Source of the DNA: Spirochaetota bacterium
Lineage (GTDB): Bacteria > Spirochaetota > UBA4802 > JAFGDQ01
Assembly (NCBI GenBank): GCA_043803405.1
Contig: JAZDKB010000004.1
Location: 32,001-96,000 of the forward strand
DNA length: 64,000 nucleotides
Direction of reading: 5' to 3'
Shown in pieces: positions 1-11,203 of this stretch. Each line of letters starts with the position of its first letter. The stretch's first letter is position 1. The notes under the pieces were generated by a model. The model worked only from the letters and a program-made list of their open reading frames with translations, was not told the DNA's origin and made no database searches. The position numbers were made by a program, and so were the translations under genes.

Positions 1-65
1 ACATTTATCTTACATGCATAATAAAAAAATCAGTTAAATGAGTAATAATTAATAATAATTTTTTT

Positions 66-773
66 CTATTTTAAACGTCTGTATGTCATCTCAGCTTGTG
101 ATCCCTGTTTTATTTTTACACAGATAATTCTGCCTGTGGCGGCATCGACATACACAGTCTTTATTACAGGGCCCATTTTACCTTCAAAAACAGCACAGAC
201 TATGCCGTCCACTATTTCTTCTTTTATCCGTGTTATAACCCACATGTCTGATTTTTCGCTTTTTCCTACGGCAAGTGGTTTATCCGGAATGAGATATGAA
301 TCCATGGGTTCAGAATTTATTTTGATAAAATCATCAATGGATTTTGATTTTAACAGGAGATCTATCTCGTCAGTAAACCCGAATTCCTTTGAGGCTGCAG
401 CTTCTTCCGGATTATCAAACTGCGGTTTTGGCCTTGGAATAAATATTTTTCCGTCCGGCGTAATTAATTTATATTGCTCCTTGTTTAAAAGCGGCGATTT
501 ATCAAAGTTAGCAAGCTTATCGAGGGATAGCCCGGCCTCAGCTTTAAATGCTTTTGATTTAATAAGCGCAGAACCGTCCGGGAAAACTTTAACAACTTTA
601 TTTTCGCTTTCTATACGGGACGCAGGCGGCTCTAATCCTTTCATTATTATGGTCTCTTCAGATTTCCATGTTTCATCCGAAAGAAATTTCAGGGCGATTT
701 TATTTTCAGCTGTTAGTTGAAAACAAAAAGTAAATAAGTAAATGGCGATGCTGAACAAAATAAACTTTTTCAT
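66..773 (-). CDS. Exported hypothetical protein
   Basis: 235-aa ORF with AGGAG RBS and N-terminal signal peptide (MKKFILFSIAIYLFTFCFQLTA); no family recognised. Confidence 0.75.
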   Translation of the reverse strand: MKKFILFSIAIYLFTFCFQLTAENKIALKFLSDETWKSEETIIMKGLEPPASRIESENKVVKVFPDGSALIKSKAFKAEAGLSLDKLANFDKSPLLNKEQYKLITPDGKIFIPRPKPQFDNPEEAAASKEFGFTDEIDLLLKSKSIDDFIKINSEPMDSYLIPDKPLAVGKSEKSDMWVITRIKEEIVDGIVCAVFEGKMGPVIKTVYVDAATGRIICVKIKQGSQAEMTYRRLK

Positions 774-816
774 ATAATATTTTCTCCTTTTGATTAAATA
801 TTAGTCGGATAATATC

Positions 817-880
817 CCGCTGACACCGAAGGCGGAAGCCGGTGCGAAAGCACCGGGGGCTTGCCCCGGGGAATTTTATT
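817..880. repeat. GC-rich palindromic REP-like element (IS200/IS605-end-like)
   Basis: Hairpins ccggtgc-gaaa-gcaccgg and ggggc-tt-gcccc followed by ggggaattttatt; a 22/25 match to the latter occurs at 31900-31924. Confidence 0.55.
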
Positions 881-1206
881 AGTTGCAATATTGTATTATT
901 TTTATTTAAAAAATCCAGTACTTTTGTAAAATTCTTTTTTCTTGTATTAGAAAGCCAATGCACTCTTTGATAATAACTTTATTAAATATTAAAGGCAATT
1001 TATAAATCCCGGTCATTAAATTAATTATAAGTTTATTGCAAAATATATTGCATTCTTTATAAAGCGTAATAAATAATAAATCATCGCGATTTAATAAATG
1101 ATTTCCAGTTCACTGCCGTATTTCAATTTTTAGCATTATTAACGACTAAAAACGAATGGGACAGTGTGGTAGAATATATTTAAGCTAAGTCCGGAGAACG
1201 AGACAA

Positions 1207-2247
1207 ATGACTAACAAAGAAAAACTGATTAATCAAAAATGCAAATCAACAGGCATAGGAAGCGTACCACATACCGACATTAATGCTATTGCCGATCTTA
1301 TCATAAACAAATGCCCAAGCCTGCCTTACTGGCCGCAGATCGTAAACGCAGATCCGAGAGAAGGTATGCTGACGCAATATACTGAGAATCTTCCCTGCCT
1401 CAAACTGAATAAGAATAACGAAGTAATATTTGACGGCACCCTTAAGGACGAGCAGGTACTTAAATTTTATGAACACTTAACCTCCAGCGATTACGATTAC
1501 TTTAAAATAAGCAGGGAATATGCGCACGGATTTTATACTTTAATCGAAAAATTAAAAAGCAGCAAAATTGACTTTGTAAAAGGCCAGGTTGTTGGCCCGG
1601 TAACATTATTGTATTCGTTAAAAGGCGATGACGGCAAGCCGTTATTGTTCGACGATATGCTGAGCGACGCGGTCATTCGCGGGCTCGCAATGAAAGCCGT
1701 GTGGCAGGCAAAGGAAATAAAGAAGATCGGTAAAGCACCCGTTATATTCTTTGATGAGCCAGCCATGTCGGGTTTCGGTTCTGCTTTTATGCCGCTTAGT
1801 AAAGAGCAGGCAACGAATATATTCGATAAACTTATTGATACTGTAAAGGAACACGAAGACGTAATTACAGGAATGCACTGCTGCGGCAATTCCGACTGGG
1901 AAATGCTATTGCAGACAAAGATCGATATTATTAACTTCGACTCATTTGCCTTCTCGGAGAACTTCGTATTATTTTCAGAAAGCATAAAGAAGTTCCTTAA
2001 CAGGGGCGGCATAATTGCATGGGGAGCAGTGCCTACTTCGGATTACAGGAAAGGTATAACGCTTGATATAATAATAAATAAAGTAAACAACGCAGCAGAT
2101 AAATTAGCCGGCAAGGGAATAGACCGCAATATGCTGTTTAAGCAGTCCGTATTCACGCCCGCCTGCGGCATGGGCACACTGAGCAAGGAAATAGCAGAGA
2201 AGATACTGGATTTAACAAATAAACTCGCGCTGCATTTTACAAATTAG
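1207..2247 (+). CDS. Core (single-domain) cobalamin-independent methionine synthase, MesB-like
   Basis: 346 aa; motifs TGIGSVP, WPQ, KGQVVGP, FFDEP, HCC (Zn ligands), WGAVP, PACG; lacks the N-terminal barrel of full MetE. Confidence 0.75.
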   Translation: MTNKEKLINQKCKSTGIGSVPHTDINAIADLIINKCPSLPYWPQIVNADPREGMLTQYTENLPCLKLNKNNEVIFDGTLKDEQVLKFYEHLTSSDYDYFKISREYAHGFYTLIEKLKSSKIDFVKGQVVGPVTLLYSLKGDDGKPLLFDDMLSDAVIRGLAMKAVWQAKEIKKIGKAPVIFFDEPAMSGFGSAFMPLSKEQATNIFDKLIDTVKEHEDVITGMHCCGNSDWEMLLQTKIDIINFDSFAFSENFVLFSESIKKFLNRGGIIAWGAVPTSDYRKGITLDIIINKVNNAADKLAGKGIDRNMLFKQSVFTPACGMGTLSKEIAEKILDLTNKLALHFTN

Positions 2248-2794
2248 TTTTAATTGCTTTTTCCAGGTCTTTTAAATTGCTTTCGTTATAGCCGATTGCA
2301 GAAAATAATATATCCTTATTTTTATTTACAAGAAAAAGAAGCGGTAGTGTCGCATTTTTAATATTATTTACTTTTCTGTAATTATTAAATGTCATGCCGT
2401 AAATATCCAGCAAACATGTTTCTTTAATATTTAGCTTTTGCAAAACCTCAGATGCTTTTTCTCTGGAAGGCCTTTCGGCTGTTCCTTCTTTTGTCTTTTC
2501 GGTAGTGGATTCAACATAGATAAATACGAGTTTAACTTTTTTATCTTTGAATATTTGCGAAGTGGCCATTTGCTGGAGTTCGGGCATTTCTTTTCTGCAT
2601 GGAAGGCAGTCGTACGACCAGAATGATATAACAAGATTGCTGCCGGTTAATAACGAGCTAAGCATTGTGATCTTTCCGTTTGTGTCTTCAAGCGCTATAC
2701 CCGGCGCTTTCGGCAGAGGCTGTTTTGCATCGGTAATTAGATAAAATGAACAGATCAGAAATGCTAACAGTGACAGTATAAATATTTTTTTCAT
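2237..2794 (-). CDS. TlpA/ResA-like thioredoxin-fold protein, exported
   Basis: Signal peptide; FWSYDCLPCRKEMP (WxxxCxxC) motif. Confidence 0.85.
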   Translation of the reverse strand: MKKIFILSLLAFLICSFYLITDAKQPLPKAPGIALEDTNGKITMLSSLLTGSNLVISFWSYDCLPCRKEMPELQQMATSQIFKDKKVKLVFIYVESTTEKTKEGTAERPSREKASEVLQKLNIKETCLLDIYGMTFNNYRKVNNIKNATLPLLFLVNKNKDILFSAIGYNESNLKDLEKAIKTNL

Positions 2795-3188
2795 AAATAA
2801 AAGTTCTCCCTTTAAAGCAGCATTGATTATGAAAGAATATAAATATCGAATATTACAGTAAATATTGCAATGTTCAAGTGTTTATTTTTTATATATCGGT
2901 TTCAGAGACATCTATGGAGCCTGCTTTATTAATATTATCCGATCAGATTTTGAATGGAATATCTTACAGAATAGGTTTTTTTCAGATTAGTGTCAATGTC
3001 GTTTTGTTAACTTTTGAGGTTTTTATTTTTAGCGGATTATAGTGTTCATTTTGCAGGTACTATCTTTCTATTTAAACCGTAAATTGCCTGAATTATCCAT
3101 TAATCCGTTAATTAAATTGCTTGACTTCATTCAGTATTTTCAACAATTTGATGATGCTATAAATAATATATATTATAGGAGATTTTAA

Positions 3189-3785
3189 GTGGCAGAAGTA
3201 ACAAGTGCATTAATAAAAGAACTGCGGGAAAGGACTCAGGTAGGCATAACTGAGTGTAAAAAAGCCCTTGTCGAATGCGGCGGCGATATTGAAAAGTCGA
3301 TCGATTATTTAAGGAAGAAAGGCATTGCATCGGCAGCTAAAAAAGAAAGCAGGGCGACTAAGGAAGGCATAGTAGCGACCTATATACATGGGAATTCCAA
3401 GCTGGGTGTAATGCTTGAACTTAACTGCGAAACAGACTTTGTAGCCAAGAACGAAGATTTCAGGGAATTCGGAAAAGAGCTGTGCATGCAGGTGGCTGCA
3501 AGTTCGCCTTTGTGCGTCAACATTGAGGATATACCGGCCGAAGAACTTGAGCGTGAAAAAGATATACACAGGGAGCAAATGAAGGATTCGGGGAAGCCTG
3601 CAAATGTCCTGGAGAAGATAGTCGAGGGTAAACTGAAAAAATATTACTCCCAGGTCTGCCTTATGGAGCAGGAATATATGCGCGATCCCAAAGTCATTAT
3701 AAAGGATCTTATTAAAGAAAAAATCGCAAAATTCGGAGAAAATATTTCGGTTTCCAGATTTGCCCGTTATAAGATCGGGAAATAA
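3189..3785 (+). CDS. tsf: Elongation factor Ts (short form)
   Basis: IKELRERT..ECKKAL and ELNCETDFVA motifs; GTG start with AGGAG RBS. Confidence 0.97.
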   Translation: MAEVTSALIKELRERTQVGITECKKALVECGGDIEKSIDYLRKKGIASAAKKESRATKEGIVATYIHGNSKLGVMLELNCETDFVAKNEDFREFGKELCMQVAASSPLCVNIEDIPAEELEREKDIHREQMKDSGKPANVLEKIVEGKLKKYYSQVCLMEQEYMRDPKVIIKDLIKEKIAKFGENISVSRFARYKIGK

Positions 3786-4523
<738 letters not shown>

Positions 4524-4607
4524 GGAATTTTATATTTCGTAGAAAGTCAGATAATTTAAAAAAACAGGCTTTTGGTTAAGACTGCTAATTAAAGTTAGAG
4601 GTTATTT

Positions 4608-5165
4608 ATGACAGAGGAAATTATTTCCGATCTTGAAGAAAGAATGAAGAAGAGCGTAAAAAATCTTCAAAAGGAATTCGCTGCCATAAGAACAGGCAGG
4701 GCAACTCCTTCAATTTTCGATAATGTCAGGGTTGATGTTTATGGAACGCAAATGCCGATAAACCAGGTTGCTACTATTTCGTGTCCCGAACCGAAACTGA
4801 TCGTAATTAATCCATGGGATAAGGGGAACATGTCATCAATTGAAAAATCCATCCTTAAGTCTGATCTCTCCTTAAACCCTTCAAGCGACGGCAACCTGAT
4901 AAGAATACAGATACCTGACCTGACCGAAGAAAGAAGAAAGGAATACGTGAAGCATGCGAAACAGAAAGCGGAAGAATGCAGGGTTGCGATCAGGAACATA
5001 AGAAGAGACGGCAATGAAATGATCAAGGAACTGGAAAAAGAAAAGGAAATATCTGAGGATGATTCCAAGGTCGCTATTGCTAAAATCCAGAAAATTACGG
5101 ACACGTTTACACAAGATGTTCAGAGTATTACGGATAATAAAGAAAAAGAAATATTGAATGTCTGA
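4608..5165 (+). CDS. frr: Ribosome recycling factor
   Basis: IRTGRA, LTEERRKE, AIRNIRRD; conserved synteny. Confidence 0.97.
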   Translation: MTEEIISDLEERMKKSVKNLQKEFAAIRTGRATPSIFDNVRVDVYGTQMPINQVATISCPEPKLIVINPWDKGNMSSIEKSILKSDLSLNPSSDGNLIRIQIPDLTEERRKEYVKHAKQKAEECRVAIRNIRRDGNEMIKELEKEKEISEDDSKVAIAKIQKITDTFTQDVQSITDNKEKEILNV

Positions 5166-5170
5166 TTTTA

Positions 5171-5887
5171 ATGAAAGACTATAAAAGCTTAATTGATCTG
5201 AAAAGGGTTCCCAGGCACATAGCGGTTATAATGGACGGGAACAGGCGATGGGCCGAAATGCATTCATTGCAAAGGCTGGAAGGGCACGCGAAAGGCGCTG
5301 ACGTTATCGATTCCATTACCGAATGCGCCAGTTCTCTCGGCGTCAAAGTATTATCCTTATATGCATTTTCCACTGAAAACTGGTCAAGATCAAAAACAGA
5401 AATAAAAGGTCTGTGGGATATTCTTCACCTGTATGTTAAATTAAAAAGAAATGACCTGATGAAAAACGGCGTGAGGATCAGGTTTTGCGGATTATATGAT
5501 AAGCTCCCTAAATCTGTAGTAAACAGCATTAACGACATAATTGCATTAACGAAAAATAATAAAAAGATAACTTTAAATATGTGTTTTAATTACGGCGGCA
5601 GGCAGGATATAGTTAACGCCGTAAATAAATGGATAGGTGCAAGGAAGCCGGACGAAGAACTGAACGAAAAAAAACTGGAGAAATACCTTTTAACGGCCGG
5701 CCTTCCCGGAATCGACTTAATGATAAGGACAAGCGGAGAATACAGGATAAGTAATTTTTTGATATGGCAGATAGCTTATTCGGAGCTTGTTTTTCTTGAT
5801 GTTCTGTGGCCGGATTTTAAGCCCGCGCATCTCCAGAAAGCTATTTACGAATACCAGAACAGGGAAAGGAGATACGGCGGATGGTAA
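5171..5887 (+). CDS. uppS: Undecaprenyl diphosphate synthase
   Basis: HIAVIMDGNRRWA, YAFSTENW, IRTSGEYRISNF. Confidence 0.96.
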   Translation: MKDYKSLIDLKRVPRHIAVIMDGNRRWAEMHSLQRLEGHAKGADVIDSITECASSLGVKVLSLYAFSTENWSRSKTEIKGLWDILHLYVKLKRNDLMKNGVRIRFCGLYDKLPKSVVNSINDIIALTKNNKKITLNMCFNYGGRQDIVNAVNKWIGARKPDEELNEKKLEKYLLTAGLPGIDLMIRTSGEYRISNFLIWQIAYSELVFLDVLWPDFKPAHLQKAIYEYQNRERRYGGW

Positions 5888-6768
5888 AGGACTTTAAAAC
5901 AGGCACACTTTACAGAGTGGCAACAGGAGTGATCGGACTGCCTGTTTACTTTCTCGCACTTGCTTTTGATTATTTTAATTCTATAGGCGTGCTAATCGTC
6001 TCCCTTGCGGTCAGCCTGTTATCTCTATATGAATATTATAAGATCAGCGATAAGGAAAAAGACGGCAAACCGTTTGTTGTATTTGGAATTATTGCTGGCG
6101 CTGCTGTAAATTTAATAATGTACTATTACGCGTTCGGAAACAGGCTCGGTTTTTACTGCCCGGCCGATCTTGATGCGCGGATGATCTTTATTTTAATGAC
6201 GCTTTTCCTTTCAGTAATACTGGTCATTCAATTATTCGGCAGGCCGATAAAAGGCGGAATATATTCATTGTCGGCGACCGTATTCGGTGTTGTATATATT
6301 GTCTTTTTCTTCTCGCATATAATATTGCTCAAGGCTTTACAGAACGGTTTTTTATATATACTTATTTTAAATATTGTTGTTATGATAAATGATACGATGG
6401 CGTATTTCGGAGGGAGTTTATTCGGCAGGCATAAACTGAATTTTCCAGTATCGCCGAATAAATCGTGGGAGGGATATTTCTCCGGCCTGATTTTTAGCGT
6501 TATTTTCATGGCTGCGACAAATGAAATTTATGATGTATTCCTGAATATCCGCCTGTTTTCCTTTGCGGAATCTATTGTTCTGGGTATTGTTTTCAGCATG
6601 CTTGGGCATATTGGCGACCTGGTAGAATCCGCTGTTAAAAGAGACGGCCTTAAAAAAGATTCGGGCAGCCTGCTTCCCGGGCACGGAGGAATGTGGGATG
6701 TCTTTGACGCTTTGATATTTTCTCTGCCTTTCTTCTATTATTATTTGATACTCAAAGGCGTTAATTGA
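5881..6768 (+). CDS. cdsA: Phosphatidate cytidylyltransferase
   Basis: Multi-TM; SPNKSWEG, GDLVESAVKR..KDSG..PGHGG. Confidence 0.95.
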   Translation: MVKDFKTGTLYRVATGVIGLPVYFLALAFDYFNSIGVLIVSLAVSLLSLYEYYKISDKEKDGKPFVVFGIIAGAAVNLIMYYYAFGNRLGFYCPADLDARMIFILMTLFLSVILVIQLFGRPIKGGIYSLSATVFGVVYIVFFFSHIILLKALQNGFLYILILNIVVMINDTMAYFGGSLFGRHKLNFPVSPNKSWEGYFSGLIFSVIFMAATNEIYDVFLNIRLFSFAESIVLGIVFSMLGHIGDLVESAVKRDGLKKDSGSLLPGHGGMWDVFDALIFSLPFFYYYLILKGVN

Positions 6769-6834
6769 TCAGGATGTGTTTATTAAAACAGAGTATTAAC
6801 ATACCGTCCTGCCTTATTAAATCTGGATTTGCAA

Positions 6835-7995
6835 ATGTCCTTTAAAAAAATTACCATACTGGGATCAACCGGATCAATCGGGCTATCCGCGTTAAGGGTG
6901 CTCAGATCAATCGATCATGATTTTGAAATATACGGATTAAGCTGTAACAGCAATATAAAATTATTCGAAGAACAATTGAGCGAGTTCAGGCCGGCCGCCG
7001 CCGCTGTTGCTTCTGCCGATGCGTTAAAGTCGGCAGAGTATGCCGGGCTTAAGAAGAAGTTCCCGGGCACGGTTTTCTTTGAAGGCAATGAAGGCGTTGT
7101 GGAGCTTGCCAGGCAGAAGGTTGATATCCTTGTGTCGGCAATTGTGGGAGCTGCAGGGCTTATGCCCACGCTCGCTTCACTTCCAAACATTAAACGCCTG
7201 GCCCTTGCAAATAAAGAGACCCTTGTAACAGCGGGCGGGATCGTCACCAGGAAGGCAAAGGAAAACGGTGTTGAACTGATCCCTGTGGACAGCGAACACA
7301 GCGCGATATTTTCAATGATATGCAACATAGATCCGTCTGCCGTAAGCAGGCTCATCCTTACTGCTTCGGGCGGCAGTTTGCGCAATAGATCAATTGAAGA
7401 GATGGAAAGGATTACGCCCGAAGAAGCACTGAAGCATCCCACATGGGATATGGGCAGCAAGATAACTATTGACTCCGCCACGCTGTTCAATAAAGGATTC
7501 GAAGTAATAGAGTCGCATCATCTGTTTAATGTCGGTTATGATTCTATAAGCGTTATAATCCATCCTGAGAGCATTATACATTCAATGGTGGAAACAAGGG
7601 ACGGCGTGATATACGCTTACATGAGCGTGCCGGATATGGCCTTCCCGATTCACAACGCGCTTGTTTATCCGGAAATAAAAGCAAACCCGTTCGGCAGGCT
7701 GGACCTTGCCAGAGTGGGAAAACTCGAGTTTTACGAATACGACAGAAAAAGATTCCCTGGGCTGGAATTGTGTTATTCCGCGGGCAGGGCAGGCGGTACA
7801 ATGCCTGCCGTTCTTAACGCTGCAAACGAAGTGGCTGTAAACGCTTTTCTTGGGAAGAAAATATTATTTACAGATATAGTAAAAATAGTTGAAAAGACAA
7901 TGGGTAAGCATAAGATGATAAATGATCCGGATATATCGGATATATTTGAGTCTGATAAATGGGCGAGGGAGATTGCAAACAGCTTAATAGCATGA
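6835..7995 (+). CDS. dxr: 1-deoxy-D-xylulose-5-phosphate reductoisomerase
   Basis: LGSTGSIG, LANKE, PVDSEH, HPTWDMGSKITIDSAT; ATG at 6835 chosen. Confidence 0.96.
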   Translation: MSFKKITILGSTGSIGLSALRVLRSIDHDFEIYGLSCNSNIKLFEEQLSEFRPAAAAVASADALKSAEYAGLKKKFPGTVFFEGNEGVVELARQKVDILVSAIVGAAGLMPTLASLPNIKRLALANKETLVTAGGIVTRKAKENGVELIPVDSEHSAIFSMICNIDPSAVSRLILTASGGSLRNRSIEEMERITPEEALKHPTWDMGSKITIDSATLFNKGFEVIESHHLFNVGYDSISVIIHPESIIHSMVETRDGVIYAYMSVPDMAFPIHNALVYPEIKANPFGRLDLARVGKLEFYEYDRKRFPGLELCYSAGRAGGTMPAVLNAANEVAVNAFLGKKILFTDIVKIVEKTMGKHKMINDPDISDIFESDKWAREIANSLIA

Positions 7996-8036
7996 CATAT
8001 TTTAACAATTTTCGAAAATCAATTTAAGGAAAAAAA

Positions 8037-9605
8037 ATGATAACATTAACTTATATTTTAGCCGCAGTCATTCTTCTGGGGCTTTGTATTTTTATTCATG
8101 AACTGGGACATCTTCTGGGCGGCAAAATGGTAGGAATTAAAGCCAAGGTCTTTTCGATCGGCTACGGCAAAGGCGTATTAAAAAAGAAGATCGGAGAAAC
8201 AACATACCAGGTAACCCTTATCCCGTTCGGAGGGTTCTGCCAGTTCTACGGCGAGGATCCGTCCGAGAAGAGAGAGGGAAAGGGGTATGAATTCCTGAGC
8301 GCAAGCCCTTTGCGCAGGGTCGTTACTGTGCTTATGGGGCCTCTTTTTAACCTGTTCTTCGGCATTCTGCTATTCTTTGCAATGAATCTTATCGGGTACT
8401 CGACAGAAACAAACCAGGTAACCATACCAACATACCTGAGAGAAGGTTCATATATCTCGCCTGCCTATAAAGCGGGAATACAGGATAAGGACAGAATAAT
8501 CGAAATAAACGGGTATAAAATAGTAAATTTTTTCGACATCCGCAGCAGGATAATGTTTTCTGAAGGAAAGCAAACTGCCATAAAGGTGGAAAGAGACGGG
8601 AAGACGCTCAGTTATAATATAACTCCGCAGAAATACGGGGAAAAGGATCATTATACCATAGGTGTTATGCCTTACGGTGAGCGAATACTGGTAGTAGGCG
8701 CTCTTAAGGAGGATGTCGCAGCCAGGGCCGGGATTGAACAGTATGATGAGATCAAATCGGTAAACGGCACAAAAGTTACTTCCGCGAAAGAATTTACTGA
8801 GGTAGTAAGGGCAAATCCCGGGAAAGAGCTGAACCTGGAAATAATCCGCGCCAATAAGCAAATGAATGTTTCAGTTACGCCCAGGGTCAGGGAAATCCTT
8901 TCAATCCGCCAGTTCGAAGACGGCCGCTTTAAAAATGAAAAATTCGAAGTTGTTATAGACAAGATGGATATAGTAAAAAAAGCAATCAATAAAAAGAAAT
9001 TAAAGATTAATGATAAAGCCGTCGCTTCATTCGACCAGTTTAAAAAAATGCTGTCGGATAATAAAGATAAGGTCATCAGGCTCTCGAACAGCGGCGGGAA
9101 CTATAATGGAGTTATAAGCTACGATTCATTCGGATTTATCGGCGTGGAGACTGCAGTATCCCCGGATATGAAAGAAGTAAAATACGGCGTAATAAGCGGT
9201 TTCTGGAGAGCGCTGGTTGAACCGTATTACTTTGTCGTTATGAATATAAAGGGAATGGGGATGATGTTCTCCGGCCAACTTGATGTAAGGGAAAACCTGT
9301 CCGGGCCGCTTAAGATCGCAAAGATCGCGGGCGATGTTGCCTATTACAAAGGAGTATCCGCGTTTATACTGCTAATGGCACAGATATCCATTATACTTAT
9401 GGTAATGAATCTGCTTCCTATTCCTGTAGTTGACGGCAGCTTTATATTGTTCTTTCTTTATGAAGCTATTCGAGGAAAGCCAATAAATGAAAAGATAATG
9501 CAGAAGATACAGTATGTGGGCATGGGCTTGCTTATTGCGATGGGAGTTTTTGTCATATTCAACGATCTCTCGTTTTTCCCATTCTTCCAGAAGCTGTTTA
9601 ATTAA
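8037..9605 (+). CDS. rseP: RIP metalloprotease RseP with PDZ domains
   Basis: HELGH, NLLPIPVVDG, PDZ-like segments; follows dxr. Confidence 0.93.
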   Translation: MITLTYILAAVILLGLCIFIHELGHLLGGKMVGIKAKVFSIGYGKGVLKKKIGETTYQVTLIPFGGFCQFYGEDPSEKREGKGYEFLSASPLRRVVTVLMGPLFNLFFGILLFFAMNLIGYSTETNQVTIPTYLREGSYISPAYKAGIQDKDRIIEINGYKIVNFFDIRSRIMFSEGKQTAIKVERDGKTLSYNITPQKYGEKDHYTIGVMPYGERILVVGALKEDVAARAGIEQYDEIKSVNGTKVTSAKEFTEVVRANPGKELNLEIIRANKQMNVSVTPRVREILSIRQFEDGRFKNEKFEVVIDKMDIVKKAINKKKLKINDKAVASFDQFKKMLSDNKDKVIRLSNSGGNYNGVISYDSFGFIGVETAVSPDMKEVKYGVISGFWRALVEPYYFVVMNIKGMGMMFSGQLDVRENLSGPLKIAKIAGDVAYYKGVSAFILLMAQISIILMVMNLLPIPVVDGSFILFFLYEAIRGKPINEKIMQKIQYVGMGLLIAMGVFVIFNDLSFFPFFQKLFN

Positions 9606-9617
9606 ACTTTTGGCAGG

Positions 9618-10367
9618 GTGATTATGCGTGTACTGATTATTAACGGAAGCGCAAGGGGCATTGAAGGCGTAACAGCCAGGATGGCAATTAGCATGACTAA
9701 CGGCCTTTCGGAAAGCGGTGCTGAAGTAAAACATATTTTTGTGAACGGCATGGATATTTCGCCATGCAGGGCGTGTATGTCGTGCATGCACGATAGTCCG
9801 GGCATTTGCACAGTAAAGGATGACATGACCGGCATCTACGACGACTTTCAGCATTCCGATGTATTTGTAATGGCGACTCCGGTATATGCAGACAGCATGC
9901 CTGCACAGCTTAAAATGATAATCGACCGCAGCACCTGCTGCATGAATCCGTATTTAACTAAGGATGAATGGGGCAGGGTGAGGCATTTTTATACGTGGCG
10001 CATGCCTGCTAAGTTTCTCCTTCTCTCAACTTCGGGCTTTCCGGAAACCGAAACCTTTGCTCCTCTGGTCGCGACCTTCAGGGCACAGGCAAACAGTTTC
10101 GGCTCGGAGGCAATTGGCGAGATTTGCATTCCCGGCGCCATTGCTTTTCAAATGGAGCCGTCGGTCATGGAAGGGCATCTTGCGCTCCTAAAGGAGGCGG
10201 GTAGAATGCTCGGCAAAACCGGGAGCATATCCGGCGAGCTGTTGAATGTCCTGAATACACCGCCTTTAAATACAGACCAATATTTGGCTATAGCGAAAAA
10301 ATATGAGGAATGGATCTCGAAACAGCTAAACAAATGCAGGGCAAACGCCCGCGGCTTTGCGGGCTGA
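9618..10367 (+). CDS. Iron-sulfur flavoprotein / NADPH-dependent FMN reductase family
   Basis: INGSAR, CxxCxxC(x7)C cluster motif, ATPVY; start may be ATG 9624. Confidence 0.85.
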   Translation: MIMRVLIINGSARGIEGVTARMAISMTNGLSESGAEVKHIFVNGMDISPCRACMSCMHDSPGICTVKDDMTGIYDDFQHSDVFVMATPVYADSMPAQLKMIIDRSTCCMNPYLTKDEWGRVRHFYTWRMPAKFLLLSTSGFPETETFAPLVATFRAQANSFGSEAIGEICIPGAIAFQMEPSVMEGHLALLKEAGRMLGKTGSISGELLNVLNTPPLNTDQYLAIAKKYEEWISKQLNKCRANARGFAG

Positions 10368-10369
10368 GG

Positions 10370-11203
10370 CTACTCAAACGCCTTAAGCCTGTCTTTCCAG
10401 TCAAGCCCCAGGAACTTTGCAATGTGAACGGTGCTGCCGCGCATCCGGTTCGCGAAGTTTTCTGCCGAAAGCAGTTTACGCTTCAGGAAATAATCGTTTC
10501 GTATCCGCATGGCATTTATTGAGTAATAGAAATATCCTTTTGATTCCTTATCATAAATAAAAAAAGAAACAAGCTGATATTCTTCCTTATTATTTATCAA
10601 AATAAAATATTTTTCCATCGGCTGAATACATACGTTTTTTAAAATAAAGTTATCTCCGTCGTTATATATTTCGCTTCTAAAGAGCAGGCTGCCGAACCTG
10701 TTGTCCGTTGTTTTAAAGTAAAGAACGGTTTTTGGGGATATTGCAGTGTATACAGTATCTTTTAAAGGCTTTTTCATATCTGTTGAATCGATATGCTGCG
10801 AACCTGTAATCAGTTTGCCGGTTTTTCCGCTTGTTTTGGAATAGTAGCGCATGCCGGATAATTTTGATGGTGCTGCAAGCGTATTATAGATAGACAGTTT
10901 TGTTTTATCGTTTAATGCGAAGGGGAAAAACGCTTTTTCGATGCAGATCATTTCATATTCCGCGGTTTCTTTTCCGATGAAGCCGGTTGCGGGAAAACTG
11001 ATTTGCGCGTCCGTGCCGGAAGTGTGAACAATTCCGTTATATTTAAGGTAACTCTTTGTGATTATATTGCCCTTCCTTAGTGTTTCTTTCTCTGTTTTAC
11101 TGAAAAATTTATCGGCAGATATGCGTTCTTCTGCAAATGCGAAGGCAGCAATTATCAGAAAAAGATACGTTATAAATATTGTTTGCTTGCAGTATCTGCT
11201 CAT
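10370..11203 (-). CDS. Exported hypothetical protein (DUF6675-like)
   Basis: Signal peptide after ATG 11203; LSGMRYYS, DNRFG and FANR resemble a spirochaete-type family (recollection). Confidence 0.6.
   Translation of the reverse strand: MSRYCKQTIFITYLFLIIAAFAFAEERISADKFFSKTEKETLRKGNIITKSYLKYNGIVHTSGTDAQISFPATGFIGKETAEYEMICIEKAFFPFALNDKTKLSIYNTLAAPSKLSGMRYYSKTSGKTGKLITGSQHIDSTDMKKPLKDTVYTAISPKTVLYFKTTDNRFGSLLFRSEIYNDGDNFILKNVCIQPMEKYFILINNKEEYQLVSFFIYDKESKGYFYYSINAMRIRNDYFLKRKLLSAENFANRMRGSTVHIAKFLGLDWKDRLKAFE

Noticed and set aside
817..880. c-di-GMP riboswitch
   Set aside because: The GAAA loop is on the non-coding strand and the GCAAA-type conserved segments are absent; better explained as a repeat
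1080..1206. SAM or cobalamin riboswitch before the methionine synthase
   Set aside because: Only a weak cactg/cagtg pairing; no conserved boxes
10347..10367. Readthrough at the TGA of the flavoprotein gene
   Set aside because: The hairpin lies before the stop and a convergent gene ends 2 bp later; more likely a terminator
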